DNA from: a virus
Taxonomy: Duplodnaviria; Caudoviricetes
Virus record (IMG/VR): IMGVR_UViG_3300030708_002776
Location: 1-29,498 of that record
Length of the DNA stretch: 29,498 bases
Strand: one strand, 5' to 3'
Below, piece after piece: positions 1 through 8,444 of this stretch. The notes beneath the pieces were generated by a model. That model was not told where the DNA came from. It worked only from the letters and a program-made list of their open reading frames with translations, and ran no database searches. The translations under genes and the position numbers were made by a program. The first letter of the stretch is position 1. The number at the start of each line of letters is the position of its first letter.

Positions 1-2
1 GT

Positions 3-1505
3 AACGTATATCCTGTTCGTACACACAATCCTGATACACAAGATTTAATCAAAAAAGATGCCTCTAAGGATGATATTGAGAAAGTTAAAAAAGATAAAGA
101 ACAAGATAAAGAACCTGAATCAAAAGAAGAATTACTAAAATCAGACCACGAAACCACAGATGATGCTTTAAGATATACAAAGAGTCAAGCTAAAAAAGAT
201 GGTAAACGTGAGGGAGTTGGTTTAGGCACTGATACTTCGAGAGCTGGTGAAGCAGCTGTTCATACAGGTATTCGTATGTTTAAAGCTGGTGCTACTTTTG
301 AAAAAATTGAAGAAGAGTTAATGAAAATAGCTAATGAAGATGATACTTTTTTAAACACTAAATGGGTAAAATCAGCAATGGCAACTTTAAAAGCCATAGA
401 TAAACAAATAGGTCTTAAAAACATTGAGGATGTTGCCTGGGATACTGATGAGGGTAGAAGAGCAATCGGTGTTGACCCTAAATTAGACACATCTAGTGAT
501 ATGTTCGTTAGAACCACAGAAGGTGTAAATATTGGAATATCTTTAAAACAAGATGGAAGAGTATTTTTAAATAATGGTGGATGGGACGAACAATCAGTCT
601 TATTACTTAATAATTTAAAAGAAGTGATGCCACCAGATGAACATAAAAAAATAAGTGAAGCTATGTCGATAGCAGGATATAATAAAGACAGAGCTGAAAG
701 ATTTAAACAAGCTTATAAAAAATATTCACCTGAAGATATTTTAAAAATGGTCAATAGTTTGACACCAGAAGAAATTAAAAAAGAAAAACTTTCAGAAAAA
801 TATTTAGATATTCTGAGGAATCCAGAAAAATTGTTAGAAAAAGTACGACTAGCTTCAACAGAAAAACCTAACGCCCTTTCAGGTAATGAAATGAAAGCAT
901 TACACCGATTAATGAAACTCAGAGATAAAGAAGGTGATAAGCATATACGTGAGTCTGATAATGTTTTGTCGAAAAAAACATTTAATGTATTAAATTCATC
1001 CGAAGAAGCTAAAAAAGGTATGAATAGACACGTGTTAAGAGCGATGCATGTTTTTGATGCTCTTGGATTAAATCAGACTTTAAGTGATGGAGGAGTTGAT
1101 TCTTTTGTAACTATGTATGGTATTCCTCCCGACGGTTCTACTTTAGATGAAGAAAATTTAGTGTCTTTATTCGGTTCAAAATTTCAACAGGTTTTAGCAG
1201 AAAATTTAAATGAAGTAAGAAATGGTGATGCAGACCCTGAAGATTTAGAAGAGATGTTGGCTGACCAAATAGAGATAGATTATGAATCTGGAGAAATTTT
1301 ATTTAAACACGAGGACGGAGGTAAATATCCATTGTTTTATCTAAATGGTAGAGCAAGAGGTATTGGTACTGCACCTGTAATGGAATTAGGTCAAACTTCG
1401 TTTATGGCATTAGCCTTAAAAATTGGTTCGTTCGATACAAGTACTTGGGAAGATAAAGACGTAAAGAAGTTAGAAAAATTGTTAAAGAAGGATAGGGAAG
1501 AATGA
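3..1505 (+). CDS. Large phage protein, 5'-truncated by the window edge; possible restriction-endonuclease-like (PD-(D/E)xK) domain
   Basis: The frame of ORF 276..1505 is open back to base 3 (NVYPVRTHNPDTQDLIKKD...SRAGEAAVHTGIR-MFK), so the true start is upstream of the window. It contains GEAA...SSDMFV-x7-IGISLK, resembling an E...D...(S)xK nuclease core. Confidence 0.6.
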   Translation, partial: NVYPVRTHNPDTQDLIKKDASKDDIEKVKKDKEQDKEPESKEELLKSDHETTDDALRYTKSQAKKDGKREGVGLGTDTSRAGEAAVHTGIRMFKAGATFEKIEEELMKIANEDDTFLNTKWVKSAMATLKAIDKQIGLKNIEDVAWDTDEGRRAIGVDPKLDTSSDMFVRTTEGVNIGISLKQDGRVFLNNGGWDEQSVLLLNNLKEVMPPDEHKKISEAMSIAGYNKDRAERFKQAYKKYSPEDILKMVNSLTPEEIKKEKLSEKYLDILRNPEKLLEKVRLASTEKPNALSGNEMKALHRLMKLRDKEGDKHIRESDNVLSKKTFNVLNSSEEAKKGMNRHVLRAMHVFDALGLNQTLSDGGVDSFVTMYGIPPDGSTLDEENLVSLFGSKFQQVLAENLNEVRNGDADPEDLEEMLADQIEIDYESGEILFKHEDGGKYPLFYLNGRARGIGTAPVMELGQTSFMALALKIGSFDTSTWEDKDVKKLEKLLKKDREE

Positions 1506-1918
1506 AAACACAATTACTCTGTACATTTACAAAACGAAATAAACTACACGAAGTTATCGATATTATCATAACTTGTAATGATATTGTGTTTGATAAGATT
1601 TACGTATTTCAAAATGAAAATGACCATCATCAATTAATCTGTACTTATAATGTAGAGTACGATGAAGATTTTATGCAAGGGATTCCTGATACTATTTCGC
1701 TCCATAGAAAAAAGAACACGAACACCTTATACACAATTAATGCTCTCAATGATTTGATTCGTGAACTAAACGGTGGGAAGTTAGATAAATCATTTCCAAT
1801 CGATTGGGAGAACTACAAAAACAGCTTACTATTGACAAATGAAAATGGACTTAATAAAATACCAACACGTATCTATTCAATCGTAGATACAAAAACTTGG
1901 ACAAAAGATAAAAAATAA
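1502..1918 (+). CDS. Hypothetical phage protein (138 aa)
   Basis: ATGA overlap with the upstream stop and normal codon style; no recognised function. Confidence 0.75.
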   Translation: MKTQLLCTFTKRNKLHEVIDIIITCNDIVFDKIYVFQNENDHHQLICTYNVEYDEDFMQGIPDTISLHRKKNTNTLYTINALNDLIRELNGGKLDKSFPIDWENYKNSLLLTNENGLNKIPTRIYSIVDTKTWTKDKK

Positions 1919-1931
1919 TTGTATTTTAAAA

Positions 1932-2013
1932 ATCAATACAATACTTATTGATGTATCAAGGTTATACTTGATTACTAATTAACAAATAACAAATAAATAA
2001 TAGGAGATAATTA
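1932..2013 (+). promoter_or_regulatory. SSB leader: two tandem inverted repeats, ATACTTAT motif, A/U-rich tract and RBS
   Basis: ATCAATA(1932-1938)/TATTGAT(1946-1952); ATCAAG(1955-1960)/CTTGAT(1967-1972); AACAAAT twice; AGGAG at 2002-2006. Confidence 0.5.
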
Positions 2014-2766
2014 ATGGATTTAAATGCAATCAAGAATCGTCTTAGTCAACTTCAGACTACAACAACACGAACTTCAAACTTATGGAAACCTCAACCAGGA
2101 ACACAACTGGTTAGAATTGTTCCTTATAAGTTCAATCAAGACAATCCTTTTATTGAATTGTACTTTCATTACGACTTAGGAGGTAAGAACTATCTTTCTC
2201 CGATGTCATTCGGTCGTCCAGACCCAATCGAAGAGTTTGCTTCAAAACTCAAAGGTACAGGTTCAAAAGATGATTATCGTCTCGGAAAGAAAATCGAAGC
2301 TAAAATGAGAACTTTTGCTCCGGTTATCGTAAGAGGTGAGGAATCACAAGGTGTTAGATTTTGGGGATTCGGTAAGACGGTTTATCAAGAACTGCTTTCC
2401 ATTATAGCAGACCCAGACTATGGTGATATTACAGATGCTACAAGCGGACGTGATGTTGCTGTAGAGTTCAAAACAGCCGAAGAGACAGGTAAGTCCTTCC
2501 CTTCGACTTCAATTAGAGTAAAACCTAACCAAACTCCAATTACAGAGGATGCTTCTGTGCTTGAAACAATCAAGGAATCACAAAAGAATATTACTGAAAT
2601 CTATCAGGAACAATCTTATGATGAATTGACTCAAGCTCTGAATGATTATCTTGCTGGTGATTCTGAAGGTGAAACTTCAACAGAAGAATCTCAACCTAAA
2701 CAGGCTGAGAAATCTTTTGACGCCAAAGAGACTTCAGATGCATTCGATGATTTGTTCAATAGCTAA
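2014..2766 (+). CDS. gp32-like single-stranded DNA-binding protein
   Basis: LWKP...VRIVP, WGFGKTVY, DITD...GRD motifs; acidic tail ending AFDDLFNS; located before recA; strong RBS. Confidence 0.85.
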   Translation: MDLNAIKNRLSQLQTTTTRTSNLWKPQPGTQLVRIVPYKFNQDNPFIELYFHYDLGGKNYLSPMSFGRPDPIEEFASKLKGTGSKDDYRLGKKIEAKMRTFAPVIVRGEESQGVRFWGFGKTVYQELLSIIADPDYGDITDATSGRDVAVEFKTAEETGKSFPSTSIRVKPNQTPITEDASVLETIKESQKNITEIYQEQSYDELTQALNDYLAGDSEGETSTEESQPKQAEKSFDAKETSDAFDDLFNS

Positions 2767-2776
2767 ATGAAAAACC

Positions 2777-2838
2777 GTGGGTAGTATCCTACAGAATTAA
2801 GTGATGAGATGGCTGTGTTTGTACGCCTAACTACCCAC
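2777..2838 (+). other. Stem-closed intergenic element (candidate structured RNA or processing site)
   Basis: Perfect 9-bp inverted repeat GTGGGTAGT(2777-2785)/ACTACCCAC(2830-2838) enclosing 44 nt; GC-rich relative to its surroundings. Confidence 0.5.
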
Positions 2839-2860
2839 TAACCTTTAATTGGAGAAAAAT

Positions 2861-3952
2861 ATGTCTACAAGAGACGAATTAGCTGGTGTCTTAGCTGACA
2901 CCTTAAATAAACAATTCAAGGATATGAAAGTTGCATATTTCTTGGATGGTACAGATACAACACCTACTGATATAAAAGATTTTGTGTCTACAGGTTCTAC
3001 AATGTTAGACTTGGCAATATCAAACAAACCTGACGGTGGTATTGCAGTCGGTAGAATTACAGAGTTAAATGGACTTGAGAGTAGTGGTAAATCATTACTT
3101 GGAGCTCATATGCTCGCTGAGACTCAAAAGAAGGGTGGTGTTGCTGTCTATATCGATACTGAAACAGCTGTTAGTACAGAATTTCTATCATCAATCGGTG
3201 TTGATGTAGAGAGTATGTTGTATCTACACTTAGAAACGGTAGAAGACATTTTTTCAGCTATCGAAGAAATCACAGCAAAGGTTCGTGAAAGTGATAAAGA
3301 TAGATTAGTTACTATTTTGGTCGATTCACTAGCCGCTGCTTCAACAAAAATAGAAATGGATGCCGAGTTTGATAAAGATGGTTTCGCTACTTCAAAAGCT
3401 ATTATCATTTCAAAAGCTATGAGAAAGATAACTCAGATGATTGGAAGACAAAGAATAGCTCTTGTGTTTACAAATCAACTCAGACAAAAACTCGGAGTAA
3501 TGTTTGGAGACCCTTGGACAACAAGTGGTGGAAAGGCATTACCATTTCACGCCTCAACTCGTATCAGATTAAAGAATACCGGACAGATTAAAGACAAGAA
3601 GAACAATACTATTGGTATGAAGATGAGAGCTCAAGTCATTAAAAACAGACTTGGTCCTCCTATGAGACATGCCGATTTTGAACTTTACTTTGAGACTGGT
3701 ATTGATGATGAGGGAAGTTGGTTGAAAGTTATGAAAGACCATAGACTTGTTAAACAAGCAGGTGCTTGGTACACAATGGACAATCACAAAGGAGTAGAAC
3801 TCAAGTTTCAATCTAAAGATTGGGCTGAACAACTCAAAGATAAAGACTTTAGAACCTATTGTTACAACTTAATATGTGAAAAGGTTATTCTCAAATACGA
3901 AAAGAACTTTGGTATAGATGATGTGGTCGTAGAAGAGGAACTAAGTGAGTAA
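2861..3952 (+). CDS. recA: RecA/UvsX recombinase
   Basis: Walker A GLESSGKS, IDTE, DSLAA, NQLRQKLGVMFGDPWTTSGGKAL, KNR, GAWY. Start moved to ATG 2861 because GGAG sits at 2851-2854. Confidence 0.95.
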   Translation: MSTRDELAGVLADTLNKQFKDMKVAYFLDGTDTTPTDIKDFVSTGSTMLDLAISNKPDGGIAVGRITELNGLESSGKSLLGAHMLAETQKKGGVAVYIDTETAVSTEFLSSIGVDVESMLYLHLETVEDIFSAIEEITAKVRESDKDRLVTILVDSLAAASTKIEMDAEFDKDGFATSKAIIISKAMRKITQMIGRQRIALVFTNQLRQKLGVMFGDPWTTSGGKALPFHASTRIRLKNTGQIKDKKNNTIGMKMRAQVIKNRLGPPMRHADFELYFETGIDDEGSWLKVMKDHRLVKQAGAWYTMDNHKGVELKFQSKDWAEQLKDKDFRTYCYNLICEKVILKYEKNFGIDDVVVEEELSE

Positions 3953-4961
3953 TAAAAAGTATCTTTCTATACTTGATGAAATCAAGAAGAAGGGTGGTTC
4001 TTTAGACGGCGGAAATCCTGATGATAAAGTACTTGTTATAGATGGCCTAAATACTTTTATTAGAGTGTTTAGTGTTATACCAACTACTAACGATGATGGT
4101 ATTCACGTTGGTGGAATAGTTGGTTTTCTGAGAAGTATAGGTTACGCTATTAATATGTTTAGACCTACCCGAGTCGTCATAGTGTTTGATGGCAAAGGTG
4201 GGTCTACACGCCGTAGAAAGTTATATCCTGAGTATAAACAAAATAGAAAAACAAAATACAGAGTAAATCGTACGTATGATTTTGCTTCTCAAGAAGATGA
4301 GAAACAAAATATGATGATGCAGTTACAACGAGTGGTTGAGTATCTTAACACTTTACCTATAACGGTTTTATCTTATGACAATATCGAAGCTGATGACACG
4401 ATAGGTTATATATGTCGTCAAGTCTTAACAGAGTCTAAGATTACAATTATGTCAACTGATAAAGACTTTCTTCAGTTAGCTAATGGTAGAATCAAGATAT
4501 GGAGTCCTACTAAGAAAAAGTTATATGATGAACAAACGGTCTTAGATGAGTTTGGTATTTCATCTCACAACTATATTTGGTACAGAGTATTAGATGGAGA
4601 TAAATCAGACAACATCAAAGGTGTAAGAGGACTAGGTCTTAAAACAATTCAAAAAAAATTACCGTTTTTGAGTGAGAATCGTATAGTTAATATAGATGAA
4701 GTAATTACAGAATTACCAGATTCAAAAGATGTTATAGAACTGAACTATAAATTGATGCAGTTATCAGACGTAGATATATCAGGTTCTACAAAAACAAAAA
4801 TACAAGAGAAGATTAGAGAACCTATCAATAGATTGGTAAAGTATAAATTTCAAAAAATGTTTTTGGAAGATAAATTATATGCTGCTCTTCCTAATCTTAA
4901 TAGTTGGTTATTAACTAACTTCAATCAGTTAAATCATTATGCAGAGAAAACAAATGAGTGA
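3945..4961 (+). CDS. 5'-3' exonuclease / flap endonuclease (T4 RNase H, Pol I N-terminal family)
   Basis: IDGLN, VFDG, YPEYKQNR, EADD, STDKDFLQL and GDKSDNIKGVRGLGLKT (H3TH) motifs; GTG start. Confidence 0.92.
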   Translation: MSNKKYLSILDEIKKKGGSLDGGNPDDKVLVIDGLNTFIRVFSVIPTTNDDGIHVGGIVGFLRSIGYAINMFRPTRVVIVFDGKGGSTRRRKLYPEYKQNRKTKYRVNRTYDFASQEDEKQNMMMQLQRVVEYLNTLPITVLSYDNIEADDTIGYICRQVLTESKITIMSTDKDFLQLANGRIKIWSPTKKKLYDEQTVLDEFGISSHNYIWYRVLDGDKSDNIKGVRGLGLKTIQKKLPFLSENRIVNIDEVITELPDSKDVIELNYKLMQLSDVDISGSTKTKIQEKIREPINRLVKYKFQKMFLEDKLYAALPNLNSWLLTNFNQLNHYAEKTNE

Positions 4962-6321
4962 AACACTAACACAATTCGGGACATCATTTCAGTCTAAGAT
5001 TATTGCTTCGTTGTTACGAGACGTTAAGTTTATTCAGACGATTAATGATATTTTGAATCCTGATATGTTTGATTCAGACTCTAATAAATGGTTAGTAAAT
5101 AGTATACGTGATTATTACACTCAGTATAAAAAACAACCTACACTCGAAGTAATCAAATACAAAGTTGATGAAATAGAAAACGATGTTTTGAAGAGTGGGG
5201 TTGTTGATAAACTTAGAGAAGTATGGAAGAATATCGAGGCTACTGATTTAGAGTTTGTACAATCTCAAACACTTGATTTTTGTAAGAATCAATCACTCAA
5301 GAATGCTATATTAGAATCAGTTGATTTGTTAGAAAACAAAGATTATGATGGTATAAAATCAATAATAGATGAAGCTATGAAAGCTGGTTCTGAAAGAGAT
5401 TTAGGTCAGGACTATTTAACATCTTTAGATTTGAGATTAGAGGCTTCAGCTAGATTAACAACACCTACTCCTTGGGATGTTATCAATGAGATTATGGACG
5501 GAGGACTAGGTTCAGGTGAGTTAGGTGTCATAGTAGCTCCCGCTGGTATAGGTAAATCTTGGACACTACAAGCTCTAGGAGCAGGAGCTTTGAAATCAGA
5601 CAAAACGGTTGTTCATTACACACTTGAGTTAAATGAAAATTATGTTGGTCTAAGATATGATAGTATCTTTACAGGTGTAACTACAGCTAATATCAAGTAC
5701 TACAAAGATGATGTCAAATCAAAAATAGAAAATCTTCCTGGTAGACTTTTAATCAAATACTTTCCTACAAAGGCAGCTTCTGTACAGACATTAGGAGCTC
5801 ACTTGAAACAAATCGAGTTGAGTGGTATCAAACCAGATGTTGTTCTTGTAGACTATGCTGATATTTTAATGCCGACAGGTAACTTCAGAGAGAAGAGACA
5901 TGCTATAGGAAACATCTATGAAGATTTGAGAGGACTAGCTGGTGAGTTAGAAGTTCCTATCTGGACTGCTTCACAAGCTAATCGTTCTGCTCTTGAAGAA
6001 GATGTGATTGGTGCTGATAAAGTAGCTGAAGATTATAGTAAAGTTATGACTGCTGATTTTGTAATGAGTATGAGTAGAAAAGTAGAAGACAAGATTGCCA
6101 ACACTGGTAGATTTCACGTAATTAAAAACAGATTTGGTATTGATGGTGTAACTTATCCGTCTACAATAAATACAAATATAGGTCAAGTACAAATCTTTGA
6201 GGGTAGTAGCCAGTTCGGTAAAGATGCTCAAAGTAAGATGAATAATAGTGAAGAGTTTTTAAGAAAAGAATTAGCAAACAAATACAAGGATATGGGAAAA
6301 AAAGTTGACGGTTTTGAATAA
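4954..6321 (+). CDS. Replicative DNA helicase, DnaB/gp41 family
   Basis: Walker A APAGIGKS, TLEL, VDYAD, TASQANR, KNRFG. Likely start ATG 4954, overlapping the upstream stop. Confidence 0.92.
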   Translation: MSETLTQFGTSFQSKIIASLLRDVKFIQTINDILNPDMFDSDSNKWLVNSIRDYYTQYKKQPTLEVIKYKVDEIENDVLKSGVVDKLREVWKNIEATDLEFVQSQTLDFCKNQSLKNAILESVDLLENKDYDGIKSIIDEAMKAGSERDLGQDYLTSLDLRLEASARLTTPTPWDVINEIMDGGLGSGELGVIVAPAGIGKSWTLQALGAGALKSDKTVVHYTLELNENYVGLRYDSIFTGVTTANIKYYKDDVKSKIENLPGRLLIKYFPTKAASVQTLGAHLKQIELSGIKPDVVLVDYADILMPTGNFREKRHAIGNIYEDLRGLAGELEVPIWTASQANRSALEEDVIGADKVAEDYSKVMTADFVMSMSRKVEDKIANTGRFHVIKNRFGIDGVTYPSTINTNIGQVQIFEGSSQFGKDAQSKMNNSEEFLRKELANKYKDMGKKVDGFE

Positions 6322-6394
6322 ATCGTGAATATACTTTCGTATATATTATACTTATATTTGTTACGAGAATAAGATTACAACAGGAGTTAGTTAG

Positions 6395-8386
6395 ATGGAA
6401 AAATTTAAGTTATCCGAAAAGTTTATAGATAAATACAAAAGAAAAAGACCCCCGTTCGGGTTCAACGGTCTTGGTGAATTAGTGTATATGAGAACATATT
6501 CTCGTATTAAAGATAACGGAAAAAATGAAAGATGGTGGGAAACCATTCAACGTGTAGTTGAGGGAACCTACACAATGCAAAAGAATTGGATTGAATCTCA
6601 TCAGTTAGGTTGGAATGCTTGGCAAGCTCAAAAGTCTGCACAAGAGATGTATGAGAGAATGTTCAATATGAAGTTTTTACCTCCTGGACGTGGTCTATGG
6701 GCTATGGGTACACCTATTACTGAAGAAAAGGGATTATATGCAGCTCTGAATAATTGTGCCTTTGTATCAACAAAAACAATCAAAGAAGATTACTCAAAAC
6801 CATTTTGTTTCTTGATGGATGCTTCTATGTTAGGTGTCGGTGTAGGATTCGATACAAAAGGAGCAGGTGAGATTATAGTCAAGGGTGTTAACAAAGATAG
6901 AAATGAAGAAGTCTTTGAGATACCTGATACTAGAGAAGGTTGGGTTGAATCACTTAGATTGTTATTAGAAAGTTATTTTCACGGTACAGCTCCTGTTGAG
7001 TTTGATTATAGTAAAATTAGACCAGCGGGTGTACCGATAAAAGGTTTCGGTGGTATGAGTTCTGGTCCTGAACCCTTGATGGAAGTTCATCAGGATATTA
7101 TAAATGTGTTGGATAAAAATAAAGGTGAACCAATCACAATCACAACCATTGTAGATATTATGAATTTAATCGGAAAGTGTGTTGTAGCAGGTAATGTTAG
7201 AAGAACAGCTGAGATTGTGTTTGGAGACCCACACAATGAAGAGTATTTAGATTTAAAAAATTATGAAGTAAATCCACATAGAGACCAATATGGTTGGACA
7301 AGTAACAATAGTATATTTGCTGAGTTAGGAATGGACTATACAGAGGTTTGTAAACGTATTACTGATAACGGTGAACCTGGTTTTGCCTGGTTAGATAATA
7401 TGAGAAAGTATTCTCGTATGAAGAATGGAGGAGACAATAAAGACCATAGAGTAATGGGAGGTAATCCTTGTCTTGAACAATCACTTGAATCATACGAGTT
7501 ATGTTGTTTAGTAGAAACGTTTCCTAGTAATCACGATTCATTAGAAGATTATCAGAGAACACTAAAGTATGCTTATCTGTATGCTAAAACCGTAACTTTA
7601 GGTAAAACACATTGGTCAGATACAAACAGAGTGATGTTAAGAAACAGAAGAATTGGATGTAGTGTAAGTGGTGTTGCTCAGTTTATAACAAACAAAGGAT
7701 TAAATGAATTACAAAACTGGTTAGAAACTGGATATGATACTATACAAGATTGGGATAAAAAATATTCAGATTGGTTTGCTGTACCACGTTCAATCAAAAC
7801 AACATCAGTCAAACCTAGTGGAACGGTATCACTATTAGTAGGAGCTACACCAGGGATGCATTATCCTGAATCAAGATTTTATATTCGTAGAATGAGGTTA
7901 TCTAAACATTCTGAGTTATTAGAACCATTAAAGAAAGCAGGATATAAATTAGAACCTGCTTTTGGTTCAGAGGATTCTACGATGGTTGTCGAAGTACCTG
8001 TAGATGTAGGAGAGGGAATAAGAACTGCGGCTGAACTATCAATCTGGGAACAATTCAGTTTAGCCGCATTCTTACAAAGACATTGGGCAGACAATCAAGT
8101 TAGTTGTACAGCTACGTTCGACCCTGAGAAAGAGGCCGACCAGTTACCTGCTGTCCTAAATTATTTTCAATACAGATTAAAAGGTATATCATTATTACCA
8201 AGACACGATTATGGAGCTTACAAACAAATGCCATACGAAGCTATCGATGAAGATGAATACAATAAACAAGTTAAAAAGTTAGGTAAACTTAGTTTTGTTG
8301 GTGTTGAAGGTGAGGAAGCTGAAATCGACAAGTTCTGTAATAATGACGCTTGTGAAGTTCCGGGAGAAAATATAAAAACCACTTGA
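6395..8386 (+). CDS. nrdJ: Class II (adenosylcobalamin-dependent) ribonucleoside-triphosphate reductase, monomeric type
   Basis: PPGRGLW, NNCAF, GNVRRTA, NPCLEQ (thiyl Cys), TTSVKPSGTVS, C-terminal Cys pair FCNNDAC; no beta-subunit gene nearby; AGGAG RBS. Confidence 0.93.
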   Translation: MEKFKLSEKFIDKYKRKRPPFGFNGLGELVYMRTYSRIKDNGKNERWWETIQRVVEGTYTMQKNWIESHQLGWNAWQAQKSAQEMYERMFNMKFLPPGRGLWAMGTPITEEKGLYAALNNCAFVSTKTIKEDYSKPFCFLMDASMLGVGVGFDTKGAGEIIVKGVNKDRNEEVFEIPDTREGWVESLRLLLESYFHGTAPVEFDYSKIRPAGVPIKGFGGMSSGPEPLMEVHQDIINVLDKNKGEPITITTIVDIMNLIGKCVVAGNVRRTAEIVFGDPHNEEYLDLKNYEVNPHRDQYGWTSNNSIFAELGMDYTEVCKRITDNGEPGFAWLDNMRKYSRMKNGGDNKDHRVMGGNPCLEQSLESYELCCLVETFPSNHDSLEDYQRTLKYAYLYAKTVTLGKTHWSDTNRVMLRNRRIGCSVSGVAQFITNKGLNELQNWLETGYDTIQDWDKKYSDWFAVPRSIKTTSVKPSGTVSLLVGATPGMHYPESRFYIRRMRLSKHSELLEPLKKAGYKLEPAFGSEDSTMVVEVPVDVGEGIRTAAELSIWEQFSLAAFLQRHWADNQVSCTATFDPEKEADQLPAVLNYFQYRLKGISLLPRHDYGAYKQMPYEAIDEDEYNKQVKKLGKLSFVGVEGEEAEIDKFCNNDACEVPGENIKTT

Positions 8387-8413
8387 CAAGTATACTGATT
8401 TGTTCGTATATTC
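8374..8413 (+). promoter_or_regulatory. Sigma70-type promoter upstream of DNA polymerase (copy 1)
   Basis: TTGACA(8383-8388)-18 nt-TATATT(8407-8412) with an upstream A-tract; 34/40 identical to 13467-13506. Confidence 0.75.
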
Positions 8414-8444
8414 TAACATAATAAATTGAGGTTTTACAATCTAA

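Noticed and set aside
2786-2830. Hammerhead, fluoride-riboswitch or C/D-box reading of GTGATGA and CCTACAGA
   Set aside because: No CUGAUGA plus GAAA core, no D box, and the fluoride-like fragments are in the wrong order.
6353-6360. TATATTTG matching the Bacteroidota -7 promoter element
   Set aside because: Single instance; TTGACA promoters and frequent AGGAG/GAGG Shine-Dalgarno sites argue against a Bacteroidota-style expression system.
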